Under the pieces are notes generated by a model. The model was not told where the DNA came from. It was given only the letters and a program-made list of their open reading frames with translations, and searched no databases. This document shows positions 40,301 to 50,868 of a stretch of 64,000 bases of DNA, piece by piece; position 1 is the stretch's first letter; the number at the start of each line of letters is the position of its first letter. The translations under genes and the position numbers were made by a program. The stretch is taken from assembly GCA_000146045.2 (NCBI GenBank), contig BK006936.2:480001-544000 (forward strand), read 5' to 3'. The stretch is from TPA_inf: Saccharomyces. Taxonomy: Eukaryota.

Positions 40301-43300
40301 GGAAATTAGCCTTACCCCCATAAAAGGTGGTACAATCGATAACTACATAATGTTTAGAGCACCACATTCTTGCATATATCTGCAGAACTTTATAGACCAG
40401 TGAGTCCATTACAAAATTATTGTACTCGCAATTGGTAAAAGTTACGACAATGATTTGTATGCCATCCAATGTCATTGCTTCATGTACAAATGGCGCATTA
40501 TCCTCTTCTTCTTCTTTCATGTCCACTTTTTTGAAGGCATAGCGACTCATGAATTCATACAATGAAGGATATTTTTCCCGATTCTCGACTACAAAAGGAG
40601 GAATTTCATTTTTTATTTCCATGCTAGGTTGTCCCAATACACCAAGAATTTTGTCGTTGAGCATAACAGTATTTTTCAAAAAGCTGAACTCCCCTGGTAA
40701 TTTGGATTCATTAATAATTTCTTTTCTTATGGTAAACTCATTGAGGTAAAAGAATTTATGCAAAAATGAGTAGTCAAAGCTTATTGGTGTCGGATCTTCT
40801 CTTACATTGACGGTGAAATTGTTAGTCGGTATCTTGCACAATTCAGACAAAAAATTGAATATTTTATCACTACAGGTTTTCAAAAACTCTTCTTTTGAAA
40901 CTAAGATATCTTTCTTGAATATATTTTCCCTGCCATTAGCTAAACTTTGAATAACTTTAGCTAGTGTAATAAAGGGCTTTCTGTCATGGGCGTGCGTAAC
41001 AATAATGATATTTTCCGAATCAGGACTAACTAAAGCAGGCCCGATAAACCTCAAGAAAACGAATGACCCAACGGCAATATATGCGTATTCTGGAAAATTT
41101 ACACTAGCAGCATTGTAAATTGTTTTACAGATATCAACTAATTCTATTGGGAAATCATCAATAGAACTTGTAATTGCGTCAATTAATCTTGTCATGTACT
41201 TCTCAAATAAGTCTAACATCTTTTCGGAGTTTTCGGATCCTGGTTTCATCTTATCAATTTCAAAAGACTCCTTGTTATCCACTATCCCTTGCAAAACGGG
41301 TCTCAAAGTTTTTATCAAATATTTGTTACCTCTAGATCTAGTGTAAAGTGACAAAGCCCTTGTTGCACAACTATTTCTTCTGAGAATATCGTCTGATCTT
41401 GCGGCCCGTTTGATTTCTTGTTTAAGGAGCTCAGTAACAAGGATATGAGACGCATTTCTAGTGTCAAAGGCGTTTAAGAATCCACCAGCATATAAATCAA
41501 CATCAGCAGGAGAACACGCTAAACTTCCGAAAAATGCTAATATTGGGTTCTTGATTATATATTTCAGGAAGTCGTCTATAGCTAGCATTTTATCCATTTC
41601 ATGTTTCTCAGGGTTAACTGGATAGTTGGTTACTATGTCGATGAAAACTCTTAAAAAGGCGATTCTGATATCTTTATTTGGAGAATAACCCATTGGTAAA
41701 GTGAATTTTAAAGAAACGTTGACATTGGCATTAGATAAGTTCGTTAGCGCTATTATTACATTTTCATTAAGTATACTGATCTTATGCCTTAATGAAACTG
41801 GAAACTGATTCAGGTCCGCGCTTTTCTCCAGACCTTTTAACAAAATAGTAAAGTGATTGCCAAATGATACTGTAGAAGATCTGTTCCAATCTTCTTTTGA
41901 GCTTGAAGGCGGTATTTCTAAAGGAACATTATGTGTTAGGTAAGCCAATGCTTTTGCAGATTCAATAGAAGTGTCGATATACAAAAAATCTTCGTCCCTT
42001 TTCTGCAAATCCATTTCCCTTAATGGTCTTGACAGGTTTTCAAAATCATAATCCTTATTAATAGATAGTTTGAACCAACCAATAACTAACTTCAACCATT
42101 TATTCTTTAAATGGAAATGATTTGAAATGCCCAGGTTCTTTTCAGAGTGCTCAAATGCTCTAAACATTTTCGACATTTGGATAATTCCCTTATAATATTT
42201 GGAGGACTTGATGGAAATTTTCTCCACTATTTCGATCAACTTATCGACCGCATCAAGCAAGTCCGTCGAAAAGAGTAGCATTATCTTTTCATCATCATCC
42301 CTCTTTAGTATAGTTCTTATTATAATTATTATCTGCTCTAGTAAAACAAACGATGAATCCTCATGTGACTTTGAAAGATCAATTGACATCAGTTCATCTA
42401 TTTTCAGTCCTAGGTTGTTAAACAATAAGTTAAAAGATAGAGGATGCAACTCAATACTTAATATATCTCTCGAATTTTCTCTTGTTAATAGATTTGGATT
42501 ATTCAACCATTGACATTGTTTTGAAATAAAGAAATTCATTTTTTTCGTTAACTCGAGTTTAAGACTTTTGTGCACCTCATAAGCGGGATTTCGTGACTCA
42601 AATGATAAGCTGTCTCCTTCATTATCTGGAGCGCTCTTGCTTTTTTCCAACTCTTGCATATCAGACAGAATACCTGACATAGAAGCTAGAATGCCTGCCA
42701 AGCTTCTAAAATCTACTAGTTCCTCTTGCGTAACTGATTTCGAACAGCTGAAGTAAAACCACTTCTTGTAAATCACGTCCATTGAATCCAAAAGGATTGA
42801 GTCGGATCCTTTGATATAAGTTAAAATATTATTTCTTAGACGCCGTTGCAAAGCCACTGATCCTGAGGCAGTGAAATTGTCCTGGGCCATAGCATCTATG
42901 AAATCAATATTGTAAATGGAATATTGATCCAAAGCGCCTACGTATTTTTGATAAAATCTCAAGGATCGTAGAAATTCACAACATGAAATTTTTATTAAGC
43001 GTGGCGTATTTCCACGACTGCAGTATAATGAAATGAAAATTCCACTTCCTACAGCACCAACTAATAATGGCAGCGTCAACCTCTCCGTCGTAATTATTGC
43101 CTGGACTAGGTTGTGTTTTTCTGCTAAATTTGATAAATAAGAACGGACTCGTTGAAATTTAACAATAATGTCTAGTAGCATCTCTCTCTTCGCATTTTCT
43201 AACTTCAAATCAAACAATGATGAAGCAAACAAAGTAACGGCATATGTACATAACAAATAATGGTCATTCAGTACTCTTGGGTCAAGATCATTATCAATGT

Positions 43301-46300
43301 CTTCAAAAGTAGCTATATAACTTAATGGGATTTCAATAAAAGCCCGCGCTGTAACTTGTAGTCTTTGATTAGAATCCAATATAGAGACAAAAAGTGGTTT
43401 TATAATATCCGTAAAAGTCTTCGGGAATTCTGTATTAGCATCTGGGCGTATAAACCAGTTGGTCATTCTTTTGAAAATGCTGAAAATGTTCATCATAATC
43501 TTTCTTGCTTCATCATTGTCACTCAGTATTACTCTTGAATAAGAAGGCTGTTTCAATTGTTTATCATCAGCAATTTTTTTTGTTTTGTTTGGTTTTGGAG
43601 ATTTGATGTTTTTCAAAATAGTTGGGGTTGCCGTAATCGAATGATTAGAAGAAAATCCTGCACTTGACGAGAGGACTGAGAGCGGAGAAGGCAAGTCACT
43701 TTGTTGCAATTGCGGCGGAGAAGAATATGGACTTTGTCGTGATCTTTCAGAGTCGTTCGGTGAAGCGTATCTCTTAGTAGTAGGAACCCCAGATAATCTA
43801 TGGGCTAACAAGTTTGCATTATTATTTTGTTGTGCCTCCAACGGATTAGTCAAAATGTTAGACAAGCTCAAATCAGAAGCACTTGATCTGTTCGATAAGG
43901 TTGGTAAGATTGATTGAATATCCCAGGTGCGCGTATTGGTGATATTGCTTCCTGAGTTAATTGATAAGGGTGATTGGGAAAGTGAAGAGACTAACGAGGC
44001 ATCCGATGAGTTATGAATAATTTCGGTTGGCTCAGTGTAAACGCTTGTGGCAGCATCAAAACTGACATGATCATCATTAGAAAGTGTTCGCGCAGCGTCA
44101 AATTGATCTAAAATATGCCCATCCAATATAGAAGCAATAATCTTGGTTACATTATCGTCAAAATAAGGCGTTGCTTTCAACAAAATATCAGCAATTATGC
44201 AGAAAAGTCTCTTTAACACAGAGGAGGTTTTTTCTGCAATATCCTCATGAAGTTTTTTGGTGCTTACTAGGTGAAAAAATACCCTAAATCCTTCAGTGTA
44301 TAACGATATTTTGGGAAGGTCTATGTGATTGAGTTCTTTTTCCAGTTGTAAATGTCTTAAAAATAAATCAGAATCCAGCTGTAAACCGCTTGCAAAAAAC
44401 TCTAATTGTAAACGCCTATGTGTAAGGGGATTCCTTTCAACACAATGAGAAATAAAAGTATTTGCAGTGGCAGAATTCCAATTGGTGCCGACCTCTAAAT
44501 TTTGACCCAACAAGTTGTAGAATCTCTTCGAAAAAATAACAGAAGCAATATTTGAATCGATTTGGGATATAGAAGACGTCATTGTCATTAAGAATAGAAT
44601 GGACCTGATAGAGTCAATCAAGGAAACATCTGAAACGAACTGTCCCCCATTCAAATTTCTAATCAAATATGTCAAAAATTTAACGTTACGTTTCCTGCCT
44701 TGCTGTAAAGTAAGTTTTTTTAAGCCATGGGTGAGGTGCCTGATACTTGGGTTTTTGGATGCTGAGCCCCAACTTGAAGTATTAGAGTCCTTCGGATTAA
44801 TATTCATTATCGGTTCCGAAATTTTTCTATACGAATTTGAGTTCATCTCATCATATACTTCACTGTCTAATAAGGTCAGAACCACCAAAAACCTTAATAT
44901 GGCAGTATGGGAGGATAGTTCTGATCCGGTATAGTTGGAATACAGCTCCATAATATTTTCCATATAGTTTAAAGAAGACTGATCGTTCTGAGACTGAGAA
45001 TTATTAACTCCTGCATGCATATTTGTATTTGTCATCGATGCATTAGAATGCTGAGAAGTATCCCAAAGAAACAAGGAGTTACTATCATCTAGATTGAGTG
45101 ATTTTCTACTCGAGTTAAAGGATGAAATGTCATCTAAGGAAAATATGCGTTGTGGAATATTATTAAGATTAGCGCTGTTGTTATTGTTATTATTGTTGTT
45201 AGTATTCATAGTAGAGGGCGTATCTGCATCTGTTTTGGTAGTTGCAGCCGTAGTCGATGTGGAAGTATTCGCCTGTCCTAGTGTTGAAGTGATTGGAGAT
45301 AACGGATACCCTAGGATGTTCGTGTTTAAGGGTGAACTCAATGATGCCATAGGGGAAGTAGGCGATGCATCATTCCCAGTAGAAAACTGAGACGGAGAAA
45401 CATTGCCAGAAGCATTCACACTCGACTGCTTTATCGACGTTTTTGATATAGAGTTTGGACTATTAGTGTTGGTCGTCTTTGATGAAGAAGATGAATGATG
45501 AAGATGGTAGTGGTGGTCATTATTGACATTTGTTAATAATGATGATACACTAAAAGTGGAATAAACGTCATCGAATAACAGTGAGACTAGTTGGGATATA
45601 GACGTTTTATCAGAATTATTCGAACCACCATTATCAGATGAAGAAGACGGACTATTATAATCTGATGATATTAGATTGTTATAAATTTTGACGTATTCTT
45701 TTGGCCTTGCCATTATCCAAAATAAAAAAGCTTTGGAAGCATAATATAACAAAAGCGAATGAAAAATGGTCCTCTTCATGTAACTTGACAGGTGTTGTAG
45801 TATGTCCAGATATGCTAGCAGATTCTTATCAGTCAAATACTCACAACCAAATAAATCCAAGTGGTTTACTACGCCCAATTCGGTTGAGGTGTGTGATATC
45901 AATAAAGGTGCAACAACTTTTGTTTTGACACACTTTGTGAATTCAACATGATTGGAAGCAGATATGAATCTCTGGATATAATCTATTGTTAAATCTATTT
46001 TCTCGGTATATGCTGGATAGTTTCTCTTTTGTAAAAATTCCTGTGAATCGGGTAAAATACTCGATTTTGAGATAGTAGCGCTGCCAGAAAGATGGTGAGA
46101 CATGTTCTGTAAAACCTTTAAAGTTCTTGTATTGAACTTCAGCTTAGAAATTTTACATAGTAACATCGTCGCCAAAGCTGGATTGATTCTCGTGTGCTTT
46201 GGCCTAGATGTATGGAAGTTTGGCCTGTGACTTGAAAATCCCGGTTTGTAATTATCGTTTCTAATTTTCTTGAAGTCATTGTTTTGATCCCAGTAATACT

Positions 46301-46628
46301 CAAAAACATCACTCAGTAATCTCAAAAGAACCAATATAGAATGGGCAATATCATCTGTAATATTGTCAGACGTAATTTCTTCATCTTGCACAATCAAGTC
46401 AATTAAACCTAATGTGTTTTCGATAATCGGGTTCAAGTCCTTAGTGATGGCTATATTCAAAATGATGGACCGACACGAATTGAAAACTGAATCTGCCTCC
46501 ACATCAGCATATGTTTTCAAATTAGATTCTATGGGAAGAACAAGTAGAAGCCTATCAAAAAAAAGATGCTTGGTCAAAGAGTATTCCATTGGGAAATTTT
46601 TTTTGTCTTGCGGATCGCTTTGATTCAT
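37350..46628 (-). CDS. IRA1: Ras GTPase-activating protein (neurofibromin homolog), 3092 aa
   Basis: A single 9.3-kb ORF carries the RasGAP signature including the arginine finger (GSFVFLRFIGPALVSPD). It also has poly-Asn and Ser/Thr-rich low-complexity segments. Confidence 0.97.
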   Translation of the reverse strand: MNQSDPQDKKNFPMEYSLTKHLFFDRLLLVLPIESNLKTYADVEADSVFNSCRSIILNIAITKDLNPIIENTLGLIDLIVQDEEITSDNITDDIAHSILVLLRLLSDVFEYYWDQNNDFKKIRNDNYKPGFSSHRPNFHTSRPKHTRINPALATMLLCKISKLKFNTRTLKVLQNMSHHLSGSATISKSSILPDSQEFLQKRNYPAYTEKIDLTIDYIQRFISASNHVEFTKCVKTKVVAPLLISHTSTELGVVNHLDLFGCEYLTDKNLLAYLDILQHLSSYMKRTIFHSLLLYYASKAFLFWIMARPKEYVKIYNNLISSDYNSPSSSSDNGGSNNSDKTSISQLVSLLFDDVYSTFSVSSLLTNVNNDHHYHLHHSSSSSKTTNTNSPNSISKTSIKQSSVNASGNVSPSQFSTGNDASPTSPMASLSSPLNTNILGYPLSPITSTLGQANTSTSTTAATTKTDADTPSTMNTNNNNNNNNSANLNNIPQRIFSLDDISSFNSSRKSLNLDDSNSLFLWDTSQHSNASMTNTNMHAGVNNSQSQNDQSSLNYMENIMELYSNYTGSELSSHTAILRFLVVLTLLDSEVYDEMNSNSYRKISEPIMNINPKDSNTSSWGSASKNPSIRHLTHGLKKLTLQQGRKRNVKFLTYLIRNLNGGQFVSDVSLIDSIRSILFLMTMTSSISQIDSNIASVIFSKRFYNLLGQNLEVGTNWNSATANTFISHCVERNPLTHRRLQLEFFASGLQLDSDLFLRHLQLEKELNHIDLPKISLYTEGFRVFFHLVSTKKLHEDIAEKTSSVLKRLFCIIADILLKATPYFDDNVTKIIASILDGHILDQFDAARTLSNDDHVSFDAATSVYTEPTEIIHNSSDASLVSSLSQSPLSINSGSNITNTRTWDIQSILPTLSNRSSASDLSLSNILTNPLEAQQNNNANLLAHRLSGVPTTKRYASPNDSERSRQSPYSSPPQLQQSDLPSPLSVLSSSAGFSSNHSITATPTILKNIKSPKPNKTKKIADDKQLKQPSYSRVILSDNDEARKIMMNIFSIFKRMTNWFIRPDANTEFPKTFTDIIKPLFVSILDSNQRLQVTARAFIEIPLSYIATFEDIDNDLDPRVLNDHYLLCTYAVTLFASSLFDLKLENAKREMLLDIIVKFQRVRSYLSNLAEKHNLVQAIITTERLTLPLLVGAVGSGIFISLYCSRGNTPRLIKISCCEFLRSLRFYQKYVGALDQYSIYNIDFIDAMAQDNFTASGSVALQRRLRNNILTYIKGSDSILLDSMDVIYKKWFYFSCSKSVTQEELVDFRSLAGILASMSGILSDMQELEKSKSAPDNEGDSLSFESRNPAYEVHKSLKLELTKKMNFFISKQCQWLNNPNLLTRENSRDILSIELHPLSFNLLFNNLGLKIDELMSIDLSKSHEDSSFVLLEQIIIIIRTILKRDDDEKIMLLFSTDLLDAVDKLIEIVEKISIKSSKYYKGIIQMSKMFRAFEHSEKNLGISNHFHLKNKWLKLVIGWFKLSINKDYDFENLSRPLREMDLQKRDEDFLYIDTSIESAKALAYLTHNVPLEIPPSSSKEDWNRSSTVSFGNHFTILLKGLEKSADLNQFPVSLRHKISILNENVIIALTNLSNANVNVSLKFTLPMGYSPNKDIRIAFLRVFIDIVTNYPVNPEKHEMDKMLAIDDFLKYIIKNPILAFFGSLACSPADVDLYAGGFLNAFDTRNASHILVTELLKQEIKRAARSDDILRRNSCATRALSLYTRSRGNKYLIKTLRPVLQGIVDNKESFEIDKMKPGSENSEKMLDLFEKYMTRLIDAITSSIDDFPIELVDICKTIYNAASVNFPEYAYIAVGSFVFLRFIGPALVSPDSENIIIVTHAHDRKPFITLAKVIQSLANGRENIFKKDILVSKEEFLKTCSDKIFNFLSELCKIPTNNFTVNVREDPTPISFDYSFLHKFFYLNEFTIRKEIINESKLPGEFSFLKNTVMLNDKILGVLGQPSMEIKNEIPPFVVENREKYPSLYEFMSRYAFKKVDMKEEEEDNAPFVHEAMTLDGIQIIVVTFTNCEYNNFVMDSLVYKVLQIYARMWCSKHYVVIDCTTFYGGKANFQKLTTLFFSLIPEQASSNCMGCYYFNVNKSFMDQWASSYTVENPYLVTTIPRCFINSNTDQSLIKSLGLSGRSLEVLKDVRVTLHDITLYDKEKKKFCPVSLKIGNKYFQVLHEIPQLYKVTVSNRTFSIKFNNVYKISNLISVDVSNTTGVSSEFTLSLDNEEKLVFCSPKYLEIVKMFYYAQLKMEEDFGTDFSNDISFSTSSSAVNASYCNVKEVGEIISHLSLVILVGLFNEDDLVKNISYNLLVATQEAFNLDFGTRLHKSPETYVPDDTTTFLALIFKAFSESSTELTPYIWKYMLDGLENDVIPQEHIPTVVCSLSYWVPNLYEHVYLANDEEGPEAISRIIYSLIRLTVKEPNFTTAYLQQIWFLLALDGRLTNVIVEEIVSHALDRDSENRDWMKAVSILTSFPTTEIACQVIEKLINMIKSFLPSLAVEASAHSWSELTILSKISVSIFFESPLLSQMYLPEILFAVSLLIDVGPSEIRVSLYELLMNVCHSLTNNESLPERNRKNLDIVCATFARQKLNFISGFSQEKGRVLPNFAASSFSSKFGTLDLFTKNIMLLMEYGSISEGAQWEAKYKKYLMDAIFGHRSFFSARAMMILGIMSKSHTSLFLCKELLVETMKVFAEPVVDDEQMFIIIAHVFTYSKIVEGLDPSSELMKELFWLATICVESPHPLLFEGGLLFMVNCLKRLYTVHLQLGFDGKSLAKKLMESRNFAATLLAKLESYNGCIWNEDNFPHIILGFIANGLSIPVVKGAALDCLQALFKNTYYERKSNPKSSDYLCYLFLLHLVLSPEQLSTLLLEVGFEDELVPLNNTLKVPLTLINWLSSDSDKSNIVLYQGALLFSCVMSDEPCKFRFALLMRYLLKVNPICVFRFYTLTRKEFRRLSTLEQSSEAVAVSFELIGMLVTHSEFNYLEEFNDEMVELLKKRGLSVVKPLDIFDQEHIEKLKGEGEHQVAIYERKRLATMILARMSCS
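45150..45205 (-). repeat. AAT/AAC-rich tract encoding the poly-Asn (N11) in IRA1
   Basis: The sequence reads ttgttattgttattattgttgttagtatt. The protein reads [16 protein letters not shown]. Confidence 0.8.
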
Positions 46629-47024
46629 TTTAGAAAGAGCCTTAATCTTGTTGTATGTTATATGCTGAAGAAGAATGTTAAGTTTGAAGCTCTATTTGCA
46701 GGGCAAAAGATGATCACTTGACTTTATACGCTTTCGTTAAATAGCTTAACCACGCGCTGAAAACTACTATGAGCCCAATGCCAATAAAATGATCAAAGGC
46801 GTAAATGAAACCGGTACTGTGTAATAAGCGGAAAAAAAAAAAACAGTTAATTGTTTCAATCGTAATACAAAGCGAAAACCTTTAGTATATTAGTTTTATA
46901 TGAGCAGTAACTCTTGTTATTCTCCTTCGAACACTGTTCATTTGCTCATCTTTTACTTAACGTTTTTACACATCTTTCTATATTGTATCCCTTTATGAAA
47001 AACTTCCAGGCGGTGTCGGCTCGC

Positions 47025-48038
47025 TTAGAGGGTAATACCAAAATTGTTCAACCCAGGGCCGTCGTTAACCTTGATTCTTTTGGAAAAGCTACTCGGCTGC
47101 GGTGGAACTACCTGCAATTGATACAAACAATAGTACAACTTATTACTTTGATGGCTATTAAGCATTATGAGCCCGATAGAGCCGAGGAGGTTTTGTAACA
47201 GTGTTTTGTCGCAGTATCTTGAGTGCGTCACACAGGCTTGTGGCAGAACAATAAAGATGTAGCCTTGCGGCTTGAGAAATTTGACCATGCGATGGCACAT
47301 TGCACCGCGATCCCTGTGATTTTTGACAAAATTTAGCACTAGAGAGCATGATATCAGGTCGAATTTGTCGTTTTCATTTCTCGGTAGCGGTCTTTCCATA
47401 AAATCCTGCTTAATAACGCCTTCATGTTCCTCTAAATCTATACGAACCACATTTCTAAAAAGTGCACAACGGGATATGCGATTTCCGGAGCTCAATGAAC
47501 CAATTTCTAATGCCACTGCTCCAGGACAATTTTCAAATGAGGACCTGATCCATTTCTCGAGCAACTTGGACGTGTCTCCTCCTCGTTCCTTCAATTGCCC
47601 GTTTTGACTGGCAATTTGGTAAGTTTCTAGTCCTCCCAATTTATTAATCTGATTCATTATGTAACCAAGTAATGTGTACATCACAGCCAAGTCAGAAGTA
47701 TCCTTTGATTTGGATTCATTTTTAATTAATGAGTGCAGCCTCAGTAGTTGTGATTCCATAGCATCATTGAAGGACTGCGATTTGCCGTCTTCATAGTACT
47801 TGCCCAGTCTTACATTACCTTTAATACTTAACCTGATAATTTTGTCATTCTTCTCCTCGTTGGAATCATCTAGGTTTTCCTTAAGGCATAAAAACTTGCA
47901 TATCGATTGACGCTTATTAATTAAATGGTGGAATCTTCTTATTATCCTTCTTGTCTTCTGTGGCTTGATTACTCTCGTCACGTTACTTCCTACTTGCTTC
48001 CTCTTGCCCGTAATACTCTTCGACTTTCTTGAATGCAT
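47025..48038 (-). CDS. BMT2: 25S rRNA m1A2142 methyltransferase, 337 aa
   Basis: The full 337-aa ORF has a Rossmann-like SAM methyltransferase core. Its position is divergent from MAK5 with a shared promoter. Confidence 0.85.
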   Translation of the reverse strand: MHSRKSKSITGKRKQVGSNVTRVIKPQKTRRIIRRFHHLINKRQSICKFLCLKENLDDSNEEKNDKIIRLSIKGNVRLGKYYEDGKSQSFNDAMESQLLRLHSLIKNESKSKDTSDLAVMYTLLGYIMNQINKLGGLETYQIASQNGQLKERGGDTSKLLEKWIRSSFENCPGAVALEIGSLSSGNRISRCALFRNVVRIDLEEHEGVIKQDFMERPLPRNENDKFDLISCSLVLNFVKNHRDRGAMCHRMVKFLKPQGYIFIVLPQACVTHSRYCDKTLLQNLLGSIGLIMLNSHQSNKLYYCLYQLQVVPPQPSSFSKRIKVNDGPGLNNFGITL

Positions 48039-48193
48039 TCCGCTGTATTAGTGGTATCGCTAAGCTGATACAAGATTGCCATCAAGGTCATGGCTAGCTC
48101 ATCGATATTATAATTGTTATATTTTTTTTCACCTCACAAACCCGCCTCAAGGTTAGTTAGTCCGTACTTTTCTTTTTCTCTGAAAAACTTTTC

Positions 48194-48207
48194 CAGCGAT
48201 GAGCTTA
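48194..48207 (+). promoter_or_regulatory. PAC element (GCGATGAGCT) in the BMT2/MAK5 divergent promoter, with an RRPE-like A/T element about 10 bp upstream (TGAAAAACTTTT)
   Basis: There is an exact GCGATGAG match about 120 bp upstream of the MAK5 ATG, and a second partial reverse copy (AGCTCATCGA) near 48098. Both flanking genes are ribosome-biogenesis factors. Confidence 0.6.
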
Positions 48208-48316
48208 TAAGAATTTCCATCTAAAAAAGTTATATTCGCCAACCTGCCCATCATTATCATCATAACCTCAGGTAGAAATTCTTTAGTCAAATACCGGCAT
48301 AATCAGTTTTTCCATC

Positions 48317-50638
48317 ATGGGTAAGAAAAGGGCTCCTCAAAAAGGAAAAACGGTCACAAAGCCACAGGAGATAATTGTAGATGAATCCAAATTGAACTGG
48401 AAACCAGTAGATATTCCGGACACTTTAGATGACTTTGGTGGATTTTATGGCTTGGAAGAAATTGACGGAGTGGACGTTAAAGTCGTGGATGGTAAAGTAA
48501 CTTTCGTCACCAAAAAAGATTCAAAAGTGTTAAAAGATAGCAATAAGGAAAAAGTCGGAGATGATCAGGAATCTGTGGAAAATGAATCAGGGTCAGATTC
48601 GGAGTCCGAGCTCCTTGAATTCAAGAACTTGGACGATATTAAAGAAGGAGAGTTGAGTGCAGCATCTTATTCATCATCCGACGAGGATGAGCAAGGTAAT
48701 ATTGAGAGTTCAAAGTTAACCGATCCCAGTGAGGATGTGGATGAGGATGTGGATGAGGATGTTTTGAAAGAAAACGTCTTTAACAAAGACATTAATATCG
48801 ATGATATTTCTCCTGTAAATTTACCTGAATGGACGAATCTTGCACCTCTCTCAATGACTATTTTGCAGAGCTTGCAGAATTTAAATTTTCTCAGACCTAC
48901 AGAAATTCAAAAAAAGTCTATTCCAGTTATTATGCAAGGCGTAGACGTCATGGGGAAAGCCTCTACAGGTTCAGGTAAAACTTTAGCCTATGGTATTCCA
49001 ATTGTAGAGAAACTGATCAGTAACTTCTCTCAGAAAAACAAGAAACCAATATCGTTAATCTTTACTCCTACAAGAGAACTGGCGCATCAAGTCACAGACC
49101 ACTTAAAAAAGATCTGTGAGCCTGTTCTAGCGAAATCTCAGTACTCGATATTATCTTTGACAGGTGGACTCTCTATCCAAAAACAACAACGTCTATTAAA
49201 GTACGATAATAGTGGCCAAATTGTCATCGCAACACCAGGTAGATTTTTGGAACTGTTGGAAAAAGACAACACTTTAATCAAAAGATTCTCGAAAGTAAAT
49301 ACGCTAATCCTTGATGAGGCTGATAGGCTGTTACAAGACGGTCATTTCGACGAGTTCGAAAAAATCATTAAACATTTATTAGTAGAAAGAAGGAAAAACA
49401 GAGAAAACTCCGAGGGCAGTAGCAAAATTTGGCAAACTTTGATCTTTTCTGCAACATTCTCCATCGACTTGTTTGATAAGCTATCTTCTTCCCGTCAAGT
49501 TAAGGATAGAAGGTTTAAAAACAACGAAGATGAGCTAAATGCCGTAATACAACACTTAATGAGCAAAATTCACTTCAACTCAAAGCCGGTTATAATAGAT
49601 ACAAATCCTGAGTCAAAAGTGAGCTCTCAAATCAAAGAATCCTTAATTGAATGTCCTCCATTAGAACGTGACCTATACTGCTATTACTTTTTAACCATGT
49701 TCCCAGGTACAACTTTGATCTTTTGTAATGCCATTGACTCCGTGAAGAAATTGACCGTATACTTAAATAACCTAGGCATCCCAGCTTTTCAAATTCATTC
49801 TTCCATGACACAAAAGAACCGTTTGAAAAGCTTAGAAAGGTTCAAGCAACAAAGCGCTAAACAGAAAACAATAAATCATTCGAATCCGGATTCCGTTCAA
49901 CTCTCAACAGTATTGATTGCAAGTGATGTTGCTGCTAGAGGTTTAGATATTCCGGGTGTTCAACACGTTATTCATTACCACTTACCAAGATCTACTGATA
50001 TTTATATTCATAGATCAGGCAGAACTGCAAGAGCAGGTTCTGAAGGTGTCTCTGCCATGATATGCTCACCTCAAGAATCTATGGGCCCATTAAGAAAGTT
50101 AAGAAAAACTCTCGCTACAAAAAATAGTGTTTCGACGGATTTGAACTCTAGATCAACTAACAGAAAACCCATCAAGTGGCAAAACACTGTGCCTTTGTTA
50201 CCAATTGAAACCGATATACTTTCACAACTCAGAGAAAGAAGTAGATTAGCAGGCGAACTGGCTGATCATGAAATTGCTTCTAATTCCCTAAGAAAAGATG
50301 ACAATTGGTTAAAAAAGGCTGCTGATGAATTAGGTATTGACGTTGATTCCGACGAAGACGATATATCAAAGAGTAATTCGGACACTTTCTTACTAAAAAA
50401 TAAAAATAAAAAAATGCAGAAGACTATAAATAAGGACAAGGTAAAAGCCATGAGAGCTACGTTGAACGAATTGTTATCAGTGCCTATACGTAAAGATAGA
50501 AGACAGAAATATTTGACAGGTGGGCTAGTGAATTTAGCTGATAACTTGGTCAAAAAAAGAGGTCATAATTCTATCATTGGTCATGAAAAGACAAACGCCT
50601 TAGAAACTTTGAAGAAAAAGAAAAAGAGAAATAATTAA
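48317..50638 (+). CDS. MAK5: Nucleolar DEAD-box RNA helicase for 60S ribosome biogenesis, 773 aa
   Basis: Walker A (ASTGSGKT), DEAD (LDEADRLL near 49309-49329), SAT and HRSGRTAR motifs are all present. There is an acidic EDVDEDVDEDV repeat near the N terminus. Confidence 0.95.
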   Translation: MGKKRAPQKGKTVTKPQEIIVDESKLNWKPVDIPDTLDDFGGFYGLEEIDGVDVKVVDGKVTFVTKKDSKVLKDSNKEKVGDDQESVENESGSDSESELLEFKNLDDIKEGELSAASYSSSDEDEQGNIESSKLTDPSEDVDEDVDEDVLKENVFNKDINIDDISPVNLPEWTNLAPLSMTILQSLQNLNFLRPTEIQKKSIPVIMQGVDVMGKASTGSGKTLAYGIPIVEKLISNFSQKNKKPISLIFTPTRELAHQVTDHLKKICEPVLAKSQYSILSLTGGLSIQKQQRLLKYDNSGQIVIATPGRFLELLEKDNTLIKRFSKVNTLILDEADRLLQDGHFDEFEKIIKHLLVERRKNRENSEGSSKIWQTLIFSATFSIDLFDKLSSSRQVKDRRFKNNEDELNAVIQHLMSKIHFNSKPVIIDTNPESKVSSQIKESLIECPPLERDLYCYYFLTMFPGTTLIFCNAIDSVKKLTVYLNNLGIPAFQIHSSMTQKNRLKSLERFKQQSAKQKTINHSNPDSVQLSTVLIASDVAARGLDIPGVQHVIHYHLPRSTDIYIHRSGRTARAGSEGVSAMICSPQESMGPLRKLRKTLATKNSVSTDLNSRSTNRKPIKWQNTVPLLPIETDILSQLRERSRLAGELADHEIASNSLRKDDNWLKKAADELGIDVDSDEDDISKSNSDTFLLKNKNKKMQKTINKDKVKAMRATLNELLSVPIRKDRRQKYLTGGLVNLADNLVKKRGHNSIIGHEKTNALETLKKKKKRNN

Positions 50639-50868
50639 TCTCGAGGCTTTTGAAGAGAAACTCTCCTTTCACTGTATTTTCTACGTAATATACACGGTCC
50701 TCTAAACCCACTATGTACTTTCAACAAAGGAATTAGCTCAATATAGAGCAAAAGGTTTACCAAGTATATATTATATTGTACAAAAAATTAAAAGCGAATT
50801 TAATTTAAATCTGGCATCTAGTGATTAAATTCTTTTTGATTCGATTTTTTTCTCCCCCTTTTATTTAT

